Shown here: positions 36,176-50,200 of the stretch, one piece after another
Position numbering within the stretch: position 1 is the stretch's first letter
Layout: every line of letters starts with the position of its first letter
Assembly: GCA_043228905.1 (NCBI GenBank)
Contig: JBHGNT010000012.1
Span: 13,764,001 to 13,828,000 of the forward strand
DNA: 64,000 nucleotides
DNA from: Azolla caroliniana
Taxonomy: Eukaryota > Plantae > Polypodiophyta
Reading direction: 5' to 3'
The notes under the pieces: model-generated
Database searches by the model: none
What the model was told of the DNA's origin: nothing
What the model saw: the letters and a program-made list of their open reading frames with translations, nothing else
Program-made: the position numbers and the translations under genes

Positions 36176-37599
36176 CCTCTGTTGTTATTCATACACACTC
36201 TCAGGTCAAGCAATGAATTGAAACAGAAAGTTTACCCTTCTTTTCCATAGTCTAGACTTTAGAGTCCTCTAACTAACCAAACCCACTCTTTCCCAGCCAC
36301 ATGCACACACACATTACTCTGAGAGTCGAGCCTTGGAAACTTTGTGTGCCAATGATGCCCAGTTTGCGCCAAATTACTCTATGAAAGCGTCCATCCGATT
36401 GTCGTGACAAAGTAGTAGTAAGAATAGTTATATATATATATATATGTTTAGGAGTGTAAGAAGGTTTTCTTAGATGAGTATTATAAACTCCTTAACTCGC
36501 AACCCTACTTTATATGGCCTGAATCTGAGCTTGGTAGTTTTGCCCATTGGTGACTAAAGTCAGTCCTTAGTGTAACCACACTAGGTTCTTAGTCAACTTG
36601 GAGCGGAAAATCCTCATGATGACTTCCCTGCCCATAACCACAAACTAATAGCTATTTGTATATCCCAAATGGACCTGCAAACTTGTGCGATCCGTAGTAT
36701 GGATGAGAGTATGTTATCTACACTCTAGGGTAAGTGCTTAGAGCACTTTTGGGCCTAGAAGGCATATATGCTTGATAGGCAAATATACTTGATTATGGGG
36801 CAAATGCCATTTTGTGCTAGTCTTCTGGTGCAACCAGGAGATGATTATCCTAAGAAACCATCGATATAAATATAGTTCCCTTTCCCTCTTGTTCACTCCA
36901 ATAAGTCTTTAGTGTAGGGGAAAAGATAGTTTTCGCGAATGGTGACTCCATTTACTGTTTTGAAATCTATGCATATCTAAATCTTGCTATTTTCTTATGT
37001 ACTGCTACAATGAGGAGAGACCCACATAGTACAATAAATGAGGTAGATTATTCCAACTTAAAGCATTCTATTGGTCTCATCTTTAACTTATTGAGCATAA
37101 CAACCATTCATCCAAGTGTGGTCTATGTCGGATAGGACGAGTGCACCTTCCTTCTAATATAGGAATTGTTCATATCTACATAGAACACGTTCACGTTCAC
37201 AAGTGGAAGGATCGTGCACAATTGGAAGGATAAGGAATGTTCTGTTAGATTTCAAGGTTTTTTTAACCATCTCACAAAACATGTGATACTTGTATCACAT
37301 GTCCTCAAAGACTTAATGGAAAAGCTTCAAATCTCACCATTTCATAATTTTGAATTTAACAAAATTAGGCAAATTTCACAAATTTATGCCATGTTTTTTA
37401 TCGTAAAATTAACAACTCATGTTTTTAATAACAAAAAATATTCACAAGTAGAGATTGATTTAAAAACAATTAAGCTTTATATCATTCGAGTTCTTACAAG
37501 CTTATATTGTTAACCGTTCATGCCAAAAATACAATCAAGAGTTATTCCTCTCATAAGAATCACAACTATGTAGAGCCTAGTATACAATGGTGACTCCTC

Positions 37600-38020
37600 C
37601 TCCTCCTCATAAGATGTACCAATCAAAGCATTGTCTTCATCTAAAACCAAATGTTGTGACTCCAAATCATTTGTAGAAGACCTGGTTCGCCTTCAATCTG
37701 AGAAGCCTTGTAGACTTGGACTTTCTCTTTTATTATGTCTATTGTTGACTTCCTTAAATGTCCAACTTTTGTTAGTGTAAAGTCATACACAATGATATCC
37801 ACCTCTTGCATGTCAAGGGTCGATGTGTTCCGAATATTTCTTTTCCGCTTTCTATTTCCTCTTGATCTTGGGCATACCATCATCACCAATGTATACTTGC
37901 CTGTAAATGCATTCTTGCTTTTAGTGTTGTACCAATGCACCTTTGTAGATTTTATCTAATTTTGGTTTTCATGCATCACCACTTCCAATACATTACCAAT
38001 CCAAAATTGGTGCCCAAGGT
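37600..38020 (-). pseudogene. Fragment of an unknown, probably DNA-transposon-associated protein (C-terminal part)
   Basis: Translates as HQFWIGNVLEV...KVHWYNT...DIIVYDFTLTKVGHLRKSTIDIIKEK. It is protein-like but has stops, and I do not recognise the family with certainty. Confidence 0.45.
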
Positions 38021-38025
38021 CAACT

Positions 38026-38175
38026 ATATGTAATTATAAGTATGTATGTATGTATTTATAGGTATATAACTATGTATGTAAGTATAAGTATATAACTATG
38101 TATGTATTCATAAGTATATAACTATGTATGTTAGTATAAATACATAACTATGTAACTATATAACTATATAACTAA
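38026..38175. repeat. AT-rich tandem repeat (ATAACTATGTATGT-like)
   Basis: Read directly from the sequence. Confidence 0.7.
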
Positions 38176-38902
38176 TTGTGGTTAATTATAACGAATCCTA
38201 GCTAATTTTCCATGCCCTATATATAGCCACGCATATTCTTTTTCTCTTCACAAAGCGTGAGAGAACACCCGACTATACCGAGGTTTTGTCCTTGATTCAT
38301 TATTTGCCCTCTTTCAATAATGATAACTCGATACTTGGTATTGAGTTGGTGCACATATGGGCCCCAACTCGATACCACGGTTTTCGACCAATAAAACGAA
38401 GTCTAATAGGTACCAACCTATGATATTATTGACCAATAATAGTAGTTTTGGCACATAAATCAGTGCATTTTGACAATATTGTACACTTGCAATATTCTTT
38501 TGGGCGTAAAAAAAGTTTAGGTTTTATGTGTGAATTTTGCATTTTTTTAGCTAAATGGCTGGTTTTAATCATACAAATACCTTAATGAACACTTTCTAGA
38601 CCTCTTAGTGCCGATTTCCTTATTCTTTCCTTGTTATTATACTATTAGGTCTACGGATCCCAAGGATGAGCGCCCTGTGAAGAAAATTTTCCTAAAATAT
38701 CAAAGCTCCCCCATAGACACCACCAAAGTTCCCATTCTCACGTATAATCATGTTCACGTTCAGAAGTGGAAGGATCGCGCATTCCACTTTTAGATTCCTT
38801 TTATAACTATGCAAATCTATGATATATATAGAGACTTGTTACACCAGTATCACATGTTTGTCAACCTGTTTAGAATTTGTAGAATTATTAATAGTGAACA
38901 AG

Positions 38903-41900
38903 TTTTTTTTCAAAAAAATTCTACTTCCATTAGTTAAGAAAACGTACATAGGATAATATATAACTCATATGTTACAAGCCACTTTGCAATGGCTACAAGA
39001 AACCATCATGTATAAATGAAGCAACAAAGCCCCGTCACAGAATTACTCGACAGACTCCCCTCAACATGAGCCTCACACAACCCACATTCAACAAAGACAC
39101 CCTCCAATCTCTTCACAATTTAGCACCTACCTCTATGTTTGGTACCCTAGGAGGTAACAGCCACTGGTGTGGCTGATAAATCCACCTTGCATTGTCATCC
39201 ACCATCTATAACATCGGAGAACCTCTCCATTTAAGAAGGAAGCGGTATCTAGCTTCTTCACTTGCATCAGAGGGCCCTTGAAGGTTGTCAAACTTTCCTT
39301 GTAACGTAGAAATCAAATTAAACCAAATCATCACTAAACTCTCGGCCGCTGGGGTTCGCTTCTCGGTAAACGACTCCTTGCACCTAGATACCCACACTTG
39401 CCAAACAATAAAGTCAACCACTAAAAACCAAACATCTACGTACCGTTCCTATATGTAGAATGAATCTCCTTGAGCCGCAAGTTGAATTGTTCCATTCACC
39501 ACCTTTAAAGAAGGGCTATTGCCATTCCACCCATGAAACCATGCAAACCTATTCAGTAGCTAACCAAACAACTGCTGCACTTGATACCTGAACTTCAACC
39601 TTGCATCGAGCTGGAATTCTTAAGCTCCTCGTCCAAACTTATTGGGCTCGCGGGCAACTCCATAAACAATGGGAGATGTCCTCGAAACTCGCTCCACAGG
39701 CCTTGCAATTACTCATGCCACCCCTTTTCCCCAACCACTCTCCAGTTGGAATAGCCTGATGGGTGATTAGCCAAAAAAACACCTTCACCCTCTCGAGGAG
39801 GGATGAGTTCCATATCCTGCTCCTGGTTTTATCCACAAAGACTGAATCAACAACTGCATGGGTCCATTTGTTGACACACTTCTTGCAATGCAAGCATAAA
39901 TGTCTCCCCAAGCGAGTTGAGTAGTCAAAGAAACCACGTGATTTACCTTGTTCGTCCCTACACATATATTCTGCAAGATCCCATTCTAAACACTCGAGTG
40001 GCTTGCCTTCAACTACATACAAGATCCAATCCTCCTCAACGTCATCGACTGATGGATTCACCTTCCATTTCTTACCGTCTCGTGCCACAATTCTAATCGG
40101 GGACCAACGAGCACCTGCAACTACATATCCCAATCGGATGATCTTCCCATTCTTTCCTATACCCTTGACATTGATAACTTTTCCGGCATCACCACCACCA
40201 CATTGTCCGAACCACTCACCCTCTTCCCCATTACTAATAGGAATAGAGTAAACAACTTTATCAACTAGGTCAAACATCTTCCTACCATTTCTGAACTTTC
40301 TCGCATCTTCATATAATTTATCCCAATTACTAGGGGACAACTGCATCCAATCTTCCACTGATTGAATCCCAACACCATGCAATATAGCCCACGACATACC
40401 CTTGCTCTGGCCAAGCATCTTCCCCTCGTTCGACTTTAAGGTCTCGTTCCACAATAGGGGTTGGTGCATCCATTCAACATTAGTACTTGGACCTATACGG
40501 CTAAGATGCCCACGGAGCATATCCCACACCTTCACCACTGACATACATGTGCGATCAACCAACCGATTAGATCTCCTAAGCTTTAAGTCCATACAAAATA
40601 GCCATGATATATGTGGCTTCCAATGCCCACCAAGTCGTGGACTCCAAAGGATGCTCCTATTAAAAATCAATGTTTTCCATAACTCATTTCCGGGTAGCGA
40701 GCTCCTTACCAATACCTTACATAGCAATGATTGACTTTGTACTCTAGGGTCGATCAATCCTAAACCCCCCTTACTTTTGGGGAGAATCAACATAGACCAT
40801 GATACTTTAGCTACCGCATTGTCTTTCCTATTCCCAGCCCATAGAAAGCCCCTGATACATGCTTTAATAATACGAATAGCATGCCTGTCAAACATCCACA
40901 CTAAGACCGCATGCCACATAGTAGACAAGATCATATGGTTCGCTACTATGATCCTGCTAGCTAATGATAAATTCATCCCTGACCATATATGGATTTTGTT
41001 GCAAATTTTACTTTGAATTTGTTGCAACTATATTCTTTTGTCGATATCAACACCAATCCACATTCCCAAATATCTGGTGCCTTCCCCTTTTGCAATCCAT
41101 CTGAAATCAACATTCACTTTCCTTACTGGCTCGGCCTCCGAGCTAATCCAAAAACCCTTGGACTTATTCCAATTGATGGTAGCTCCCGATGCTTTGCAAA
41201 AGAGATCGATAGCAATTTGTGCCCTCCCCAGATTCCCTACATTACCTTGGAGGTATAACATCGTATCGTCCGCGAACTCCGAGTCAAGCAAGGACTGCCT
41301 TGTGTTAGGGATTGAAAGACCATGTAAATTTGCCGTCAGACTATTCAAAAAGGCAGACATTGCTTCAGTAATAAAGAGGAATAGAAAGGGGACGAGAGGA
41401 CAACCTTGCCTGATGGATCTAGTTAGAGAGATTCAAGCTCCTTTCTTCCCTGCAATCAACACCTTACTTGAGCCAATATTATATAAGGCTTGAGTAGCAC
41501 ACCTCCATTCCCATGGTAGCTCAATCACCTACATCACTTCTTCAAGGAAATACCATTGCACTCGATCATAGGCTCTCTCGAATTCAAGCATCAAACAAAG
41601 CTATGTTTTGCTTGGTCTCCCTTGCTGTCGCAATAGCCTCCCAAAACAATATCACATTGTCCACAATAGATCGATGCTGCATGAAACCAGTTTGATTGGT
41701 CTGGATGATATCTCCTAGAAAGGGTTTGACTCTCTGCACTAGTATGTTAGCAATTTTTTTATAAATGAGATTTAAAATGGTGATGGGCCTCCACTATCTA
41801 ATCTCGTGCGACACCTTCTCCGATTTAGGAATCAGGTATATCAGTCCTTCATTGAAGCTGCTCGGCATCCTTCTCATTCTCCACATTTCCCGGAATCCAG

Positions 41901-44900
41901 CTTCCAAACTAGGAAAAATATGCTCCCAAAATTCCACGAAGAAGGCTTTGGGAAGGCCGTTAACTCTAGGGCAAGCCCTGTTATGAATCCTATCTAGCCC
42001 CGCTACAATCTCTTCCTTCTCTATGGTCTTTGACAATAGTGATTTAGCTACCTCTCCAATCCTGGTCTTCAAGCATGCAACTACATGATGCATCAAGTTA
42101 ATCGGTGGGGCTTCTGTCAATGTTGGAGCTAAAAGGTCTCTGTAATACTTTTTTGCCATTTGCAAGATTTCATCTTTGTCAGTTGTCATCAAATCATCCT
42201 CTCGCTTAAGACTTAGAATAGGCTTTCCCTTCAGTTTTGGAGCCTTGGTAAGAAAAAACTCACTGTTAACTTTATCTCCCTTGACAGCCCACCATGTTGC
42301 CGACTTCTGAAGAGGAATTGCTCCCGTTGCTGCCTAGTCTCCTACAACACCCTTGTGGCTTCTAGTAGTCTATCTTTCGCCCAAGAATAGTGTGGGTCCA
42401 CTTGTGTAAGATTTTGAGCTGAGATGATTGCCTTCCTTAGGCATTGTAGCTGGGAATGACACCTTACCAACTCCTCTCTAGCCGCTTTCTAAAGAGCATG
42501 TGAAAAATTAATAATCTTATCCTCCAATACATGTAACGGGTCATCGGATAAGGGAGATGCTGACCAGATTTTAATCACTTCATCCTTAACCTTCTGGATA
42601 CCAAAACTCTTCGGAGGTATCCTCAAATTGCACTCACTCTTCTTCTTATGAATAGGATAGAGAGTCAAGGAAACTGGAAGGTGATCGGAGTAGGTAAAGC
42701 CAACTAGAATGGATGTGCAACCGCTCCAATCCTCAATTTTGGGGCTCATATAGATGCGGTCCAATCTAGAGTGACATCCTTCACTCTCCTTCCAACCAAA
42801 TCGTGAAAACCGCAAGGAATTCTCCTCAACCACCATACTAGAATACCAAGAATCTCTGATTCCAAGCATGGCAATTAAGAAACCCCATGCTCTAAGCTCC
42901 TCTCCCTGTAACAAGTTCGAGTGAGCCCCTAGACAATCATTAGTCCTCTCAGTCATGTTGAAATCTCCTGCTATTATCCAGTTGTCATAAGAGGAAATTT
43001 TGTTTGCCAGCTCGCTCCAAAAAGAGATCTCTCATTGCTACTATTTGGTGCATAGACATTCAGCACCCCAAATTTCTCATTCCTCCATTCCAGGTAGCAG
43101 AACACGATCCTTCCTTCTATCAGTATGCCATGATCCAGAATGGCGATATCTGGTGATTTTCTCGCCAAAATACAAACTCCAGCTCTCTTTTCTAGCACAT
43201 CGTGAGCTGGAGGCCACCATGTGTGCCAATCCCCTAGCAACGGGTCTTTGAAAAGTTCTGTCCTTTCTCGGCCAAGGTGATGCTCTTGTAAGAGAAAAAT
43301 ATCAATCTTCCTACATAAGTTAAAAACTTCAAATTCCTTCCTAAAAATTCACTTCTCAAGTAGATGATGGGACCCACCAAGTCCTTGCACATTCCAAGAG
43401 AAAAGTCTCATTGACTTGGATTCAAAAGAAGAGCCAAGGGGGATTCACCCTCGCTCGACAAATATGTCGTCATCATACTCCATATGTTTTCCCACGCCAT
43501 TCTTATTTCCCATTTTTTATCAGTGGGTAATTCAGCACAATGGGAGTGGAACTGACCAAGATTTAGCATAAGATCTTGCACCCTTCATATGCAAACCAAG
43601 GGAACATTTGGACCAAGTTCAAGAATCTCCCCGTGTATCATGGAGCTCTTCCATTGTGCATGTAACCCCGTGGCCTCGTTTTCAGATATAAGGTATCACA
43701 TACACACTGCTACTCTGATACAAAACGTCTTCAGGAGGATTCTTCTCCCCTTCCATCTTCCAAATCCGGCTCCAATTGGAAGGAGCAACCAATCTCCGGT
43801 CTACTAGAGTCCTTATTGATGAGGACCATGTGTGCTCTATTCCAACCGTGAACTCTTTCCTTGGGAGTACCAATGTTCACTGCAACCTTGGGTACCTCCA
43901 TACCTTGCATCTTCTAGTCTTTCATCATAACAAAGTCAAATCCCACAATCGAGGGATTTCCGGCCTCAATCCGGGCAAGCATTTTCTGCACTTCACTATT
44001 ACCCATGTCCACATGACTCTCCTTGTCCTTCCCTTTCCTAATCCACACCTTAACCGTTCTTAGGTCTGATGAAAATATGTTGCCTTGGCTTTCAGAGGGC
44101 TCTACAAGTGTTTCGAGGGTCTCGACTCTTGGAAGCAAATCAATTGGAGTCGTCAAAATTATCTCACCCTCTTGGGTTTCCTCTTCCCTTTGTGACAAGA
44201 TATCAAATCTATTCGAACTGGAACCGTCACTTGTAGGAGGACGCTTATGATTATGAATGTTAGACCTGGCCACTTTCCTTGGCGTTACCCATCCTTCTTC
44301 CCCAATGACTTGCTTCCCAACATGAGCGAGGATCCTTTGCCCTCCCATCACTAACATTGGGTTATCGAGCATCTTGGTGCCCTGATTTCCCTTGCCTTCT
44401 CTTTTCTTCCAATACAAAGGGCAATGTTTGGCCATATGGCCCATTTCCTTACATGCAAAACACTGGCCCGACAAGCCTTCATAGCCAACCTTCACCACCC
44501 TTAGGCCAAAAACCTCCGTGCGGACTCTAATCTCTGTTGGCAGTTCTTTTATGTCTCTAACCAACACCTTAAGCTTGGGGATTTCTGCAACCTTATCTGC
44601 AAATGAGGGTTTGTCTATACATACCATCCCAATATTGTGTGCCAACTTTGGGATCAAATGATAGAGTTGGATGGGTAGGTCTGGGAAGCATACGGTAATG
44701 ACCACTAGAGTGCCCTCTTTTTTATGCTCCTCCATTGGATTAAAGTCTGGACTCCATTCCAAAATCATGGCTTTGCCATACTTGAGCATAATCCATTTGT
44801 CGTCCAGAATTTCTTTCACATTATGGCCTTCTTCTAAGATCACATGGTGATAACTACAACCCATTCACAAAATGTTCTGGATAGATGGCATTTTACCCAA

Positions 44901-45788
44901 AAGGGCTACTTGCAACATGTCTCTTAACAACCCTTTACTAGGGCGCCCTCCTAATAGCGGACATATGAATGACGAACACTTCAACCTACCCACTTCTTCA
45001 ACCAACCTTTGATTCTCGGCCAGAGAAAGATAGAGGTCAATTCCTTTTCTTTCGTCAATGTTCTCCTCCATCGGCGTCTCTTGGACTAGATCGAAGTCAA
45101 TAAACTCCTTTTCCATCATGCTACTGTCAATGAGTTCCTTGGTATTCATTTCGGCAAGTGCCGTGTTCAGCTCCCCCCCTATTGGCTTCTGGTCCTTTGG
45201 GCCCAAATGCATACAAGTATCTAATATTTCAGCTCTAGGAGGGTTTGGATCCATACCTGTTCCAATTATGTCCACTGGAGGAAGCTTGACCATCACCATC
45301 TTCAAAAGATTGTTGCAGCTCTCTGTGCTTTAGCCTTGCATCATTAATAGCCGCCTTCCAATCGTGTTGCCGCCCGTTGCCGAAGACTTGTCCTTGCCGA
45401 CTACCTTCATTGCCAATCCCGGTTTGGGTCGCGCTATTCGACGAGAGGTTTGCTGACGCAGAGGCAGAGAGGGCCATCGAGGATGATGGAAGGAAGCTTT
45501 TCCTTTCGACAGAGCCCTCGTTTGATTTTCCTCTATCGCCTCCTCATTCCGCTGCCCCATCCCTCTTCTCTGTCACTCCCTCGTTCAGGCATGACAACAC
45601 CACAAAGCAGAACAATCGTTGATTAGAACAAGACAACCACTGACGAGCGGCTGAAACTCCCTCCTGTGATAGCCGCTGCACGCGCTCTCATCCCGTTGAC
45701 TGTGGCGCACTGCTAGCCAATGCACGCGGTCCTCGCCATGCTCCTCAGGTCTCCTCGACGATTGTTCCACTGTCAAACTGTTTTTACC
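38903..45788 (-). mobile_element. Near full-length degenerate L1-clade LINE
   Basis: Poly(T) tail at 38903 and an imperfect TSD AATAGTGAACAAG (38890) / AATATTGATCAAG (45789). ORF1 has the knuckle CFACKEMGHMAKHC. ORF2 starts MRLFSWNVQG at 43411 and has APE motifs, RT FADD and zf-RVT CKAC...HCLWSC. Confidence 0.88.
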
Positions 45789-46801
45789 AATATTGATCAA
45801 GTTTCAAAGTAAAAACTATATTATGTAATATGCAAAGTTGGTATCAACGTTGAGAAAATCATGATCTCCAGATATAAAAGGTAGTTAAATTACAGACAAT
45901 GAACATTTGAAGCAACATTTGATATCCAGGTTTAAACATCGTGTGGAGGTTCAGGGACAAGAAATGGAAGTCATATGCTATAGTAACCGTTAATGATTAT
46001 GTATTTTGCACTCTAATACTTAGTGAATGTTGCCCGATATAATACCTTACCCTAATGGTAGTAAGAAAGAAGCAAATCAAACATATGGACACTATGGGCA
46101 TACATTCCATGTTAAATATCATCTAGAGTTTCCCCGATACACACTCATGAAAGAGGACACCCATACACACGTAGCATATAATGGATACACCTGAACACTC
46201 ATTATGGTCACACCCAAAAGTAAGGTGGGTACGAAAGGTAGAACAAACTCGATGATCATTTAAAGTGAAGCTTAGATTAAAACAATTATAACATGTAGCG
46301 TAGTAAAGCTTAGTAATGTTATAACGTCGATTAAAACATGTACCTCAAGTTTTAATGTCGATAGCAACAACAAAAATGTAACAATATATTAAACAATTAA
46401 AGAAACAATATAAACATTGGTAGACATATTTAAAGAAACAATATAAACACGAAATTAAACTTAGATTACGGAGAATAAAACTTTGATTACAATATTTTTG
46501 ATAAAATACAAAATTCTTTACATGGCTATAAGGTTATCTTCATCATTCTCTTCGTCTTCCTTTTAAGAACTGTTCTCAAAATTCTATGCATCGGCATCCA
46601 CTCTAGATAGGCTAGCTATAGTGGGGTCCTCTAGAAGCTCATCATCCAGTTCTATAAGTTCCCCAGGTTCACTAGTCAAGGGAGGAATAGGCTTATGGGA
46701 GGCAACTTGAAACCGTTCCATATCTGCGATATGCTTTGCCCCTTGTAAAGAATCAAGAGATGGATTCTTGTGAAGCGGAAGAGATGTGAGTTGTGTGTGT
46801 G

Positions 46802-46840
<39 letters not shown>

Positions 46841-46910
46841 ACGCAAGGTTAAGTGTATTAGCAAAGGAGAAAGACTCAACCTTATACAAGGTGGGAGGAG
46901 GGTGCTTTAT

Positions 46911-47182
46911 TGACGGGAACTGGTCGTTCCTTATGCGCAACGCTCGGCCACAACCGGGCTTAGAATGATACATAGAAAACGGGAAATAAAACGCGACACA
47001 AAGAAGAGACGAGGTACACAGGAGGTTTACGTGGAAAACCCCAAACTAGGGGAAAAAACCACGGCAGCCCACAGGCTACAAACTATCACTATGATGGAAT
47101 GTACAACCATGAGTTCACTGAGGCACCAACCTCGTGCTCACAGATCTTCGCCACAGGTGGCGGTTACAACAGAGGCAACGAC

Positions 47183-47221
<39 letters not shown>

Positions 47222-50200
47222 CAGTTACACACACTCTCTATTCTTGCACCAACAAGAATGACAACAACAACAACAGTAACAACAGTAACAATAGTAACAA
47301 CAGTAACAATAGTAACAACAGTAACAATAGTAACAACAGTAACAATAGTAACAACAGTAACAACAGTTACAACAGTTACAACAGTTACAACAGTTACAAC
47401 AGTTCCTAAAAGTTTGCCCTAAGTCATATTTATACTAATATGACTTTTTTGGCTATTTACAAATGTAGCCGCGATGGACTATAAGAAAACATATTTACTA
47501 ATATGTCTCTTCATCCGGTTCTCCGTAGCTGGGTACTCCTCATCCGGTCTTCACCAGGTCTGCATCATCCAGCTCTCCGTAGCCGGGTACTCCTCATCCG
47601 GTTCATACTGGGTCTGCACCATCCGGCCCTCTGTAGCCGGGTACTCCTCATCCGGTCTTCACCGGGTCTGCACCATCCGGCCCTCCGTAGCCGGGTACTC
47701 CTCATCCGGTCTTCATCGGGTCTGCATCATCCGGTTCTCCGTAGCCGGGTACTCCTCATCCGGTCTCGGCCTCGGCCTATCGGCCTCAGCCGAGTTTGTT
47801 CATCGGCACTGTTCTTCTCCCTTCCCATCCGGAGGGACCTGTCTCCCAACATTTATGTAGTCCTTCACTCCGGCATGGGGTGTCTTACCAGTCCGATTCT
47901 CTTCCGGCATGCATCCAGCTTGTCGGGTATCAACACTTTGGTTAGCATATCTGACCCGTTCTCGACCGTGTGGATCTTCATCAGCGCGAACTCCTGGTCA
48001 TCTACTCTTTCCCGGATCCAGTGATATCTTCGCTGGATATGCTTCGTCCGAGAATGGTAGGCCGCATTCTTAGCAAGGTGGATGGCACTTTGACTGTCGC
48101 AATAGAGTCATATTCCTCTTGCCGGATACCGAGCTCTCCGATGAAGTCCTTCATCCATAATATTTCCTTGCCGGCTTCCACAGCCGCCATGTACTCCGCC
48201 TCTGTGGTTGACAATGCAACAGTCTTCGCAGCCTCGACTGCCACGAAACGACTCCCCCTGCATATGTCATTACATACCCGGAAGTAGACCGGCTGGTATC
48301 CACATCAGCCGACATGTCTGAATCGGTGAAACCGTCAAGTTGAGGTTTTCCGGAGCCGAATCGGAGACACATATTTGAAGTGCCCTTCAAATATCGGAGT
48401 ATCCATTTGACCGCGTTCTAGTGCTCCTTGTCGGGATTGCTCATAAACCGGCTCACCACTCCGACTGCGTATCCTATGTCCGGTTGGGTACAAACCATTG
48501 CGTACATCAAGCTCTCGACGGCAGAGGCATATGGAATCTTCATCATATCCGCCTTCTCTGCTTTCTTCTTCGGGTTTTGCTTACCGGATAGCTTGCAGTT
48601 TGCCGGAAGTGTCGATCTGACCGGTTTTGCTTCTGACATGTTGAACCGGTGAAGCACCTTTGTCACGTACTTCTCCTGTGACAGCCATAATTGCTTCTTT
48701 GACCAGTCCCGAATGATATGCATCCCCAACATCTGTCTTGCCGGACCCAAGTCTTTCATTGAGAAGGTCCGGTTGAGAGCCTTCTTCAGCATCCGTATTT
48801 TGACTTGGTCACGTTCGACGATGAACATGTCATCCACGTACAGAAGGAGTAACAGGCAGTGATCGGCCTGCGTCTTGTGGTACCCTTGATAGGTCATGAA
48901 GGAGTCGAACTTCCGGTACCATTGACGGGGAGCCTGCTTCAGTCCGTACAAGCTCTTCTTCAACCGGCATACCAAGTGCTCCTTCCCTTTCTCCACGAAT
49001 CCTTCTGGTTGCTGCATGTAGATCTCCTCTTCGAGGTCGCCGTGAAGGAATGCCGTCTTCACGTCCAGCTGCTCTACCTCGAGGTCCATGCTTGCTGCTA
49101 TACTCAGCACCGTCCAGATGGAGGTCATCTTTACTACTGGGGCAAATATCTCGTCGAAGTCCGCGCCCTTCTTCTGCTAGAACCCCTTCACCATGATCCT
49201 GGCTTTGTATCTCGGGGGGTTTCCGGCATCTCCCGGTTTCAACTTGTACACCCACTTGTTTCGGAGTGCCCGCTTTCCTTTCGGCAGCTCCACCAATTCG
49301 TACGTATGGTTCTCATGCAGGGAATCCATCTCGTCCTGCATGGCACTTAACCATTTTCGGCTGTGGGTGTCATCCTCCGCTTCTTTGAAGCTTTCCGGCT
49401 CCCCCTCATCGGTTAGCAGAACATGCTCTGCATCCGGAAATCTCCGGGGGGCCCTTCTCTCTCTGAGAGGATATCTCCGTCTTTGGGCTTCGGTAGCCGG
49501 CTCCTCCATTTGCTCTTCATCCTAATCCGATTCGGGGTCTTGGCCGGTTCCGGTCTCAGCTTCCTCTACTTCTTCTTCTGCCGGTTCGGTATGCTCACCG
49601 TAACCGGCTGGTTCCTGAGTGTTAACCGGTCTCTTGCCGGTTGGGTCTGCTCATTGTAGAGTCTATCCTTACCGATCGACTCGGAGTTCATTATCTTCTT
49701 CTCCGACTCCCAGTCGGCGAGCGTCTTGTCCTCCATGAAGATAATATCTCGACTCCGGAATACCTTCTTGTCGACCAGGTCCCACACTCAGTAGCCGAAC
49801 TCATCGTCACCGTAACCGAGGAATATGCATGGCCGGGTCTTTGGATCTAACTTTCCTCTCCGGTCATTAGCTACATGCATGTACACGAGACACCCGAACA
49901 CCTTTAGATGCCGGTAGGATACTTCCTTACCGGTCCACACTCTCTGTGGCGTGTCTCCGTCCAAGGGTACTGAGGGTGATCTATTTATCACATATGTCGC
50001 CGTCGACAGTGCCTCAGCCCAAAACTTCTTGGGTAGTTTTGCATGCGCTAGCATACTCCGAACCCTCTCCATTATGGTCCGGTTCATCCTCTCGGCCTGT
50101 CCATTTAGTTCCGGCGTCTTCGGCACGGTAAATTCAAGCCGGATCCCCTTCGAGCGGTAGTACTCCTCGAACTGCCCCCGGTATTCTCCTCCGTTGTTTG

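Noticed and set aside
36445-37010. Possible solo LTR next to a (TA)n tract
   Set aside because: The composition is LTR-like but I could not establish matching termini or a TSD.
47510-47765. Regularly spaced repeats resembling a CRISPR array
   Set aside because: The units are tandem ~51-bp copies without unique spacers, lie inside an LTR of a eukaryotic retroelement, and there are no cas genes.
47099-48024. Low-complexity ORFs (TTVTIV, NNS, VLLIRSS repeats)
   Set aside because: These are translations of LTR tandem repeats.
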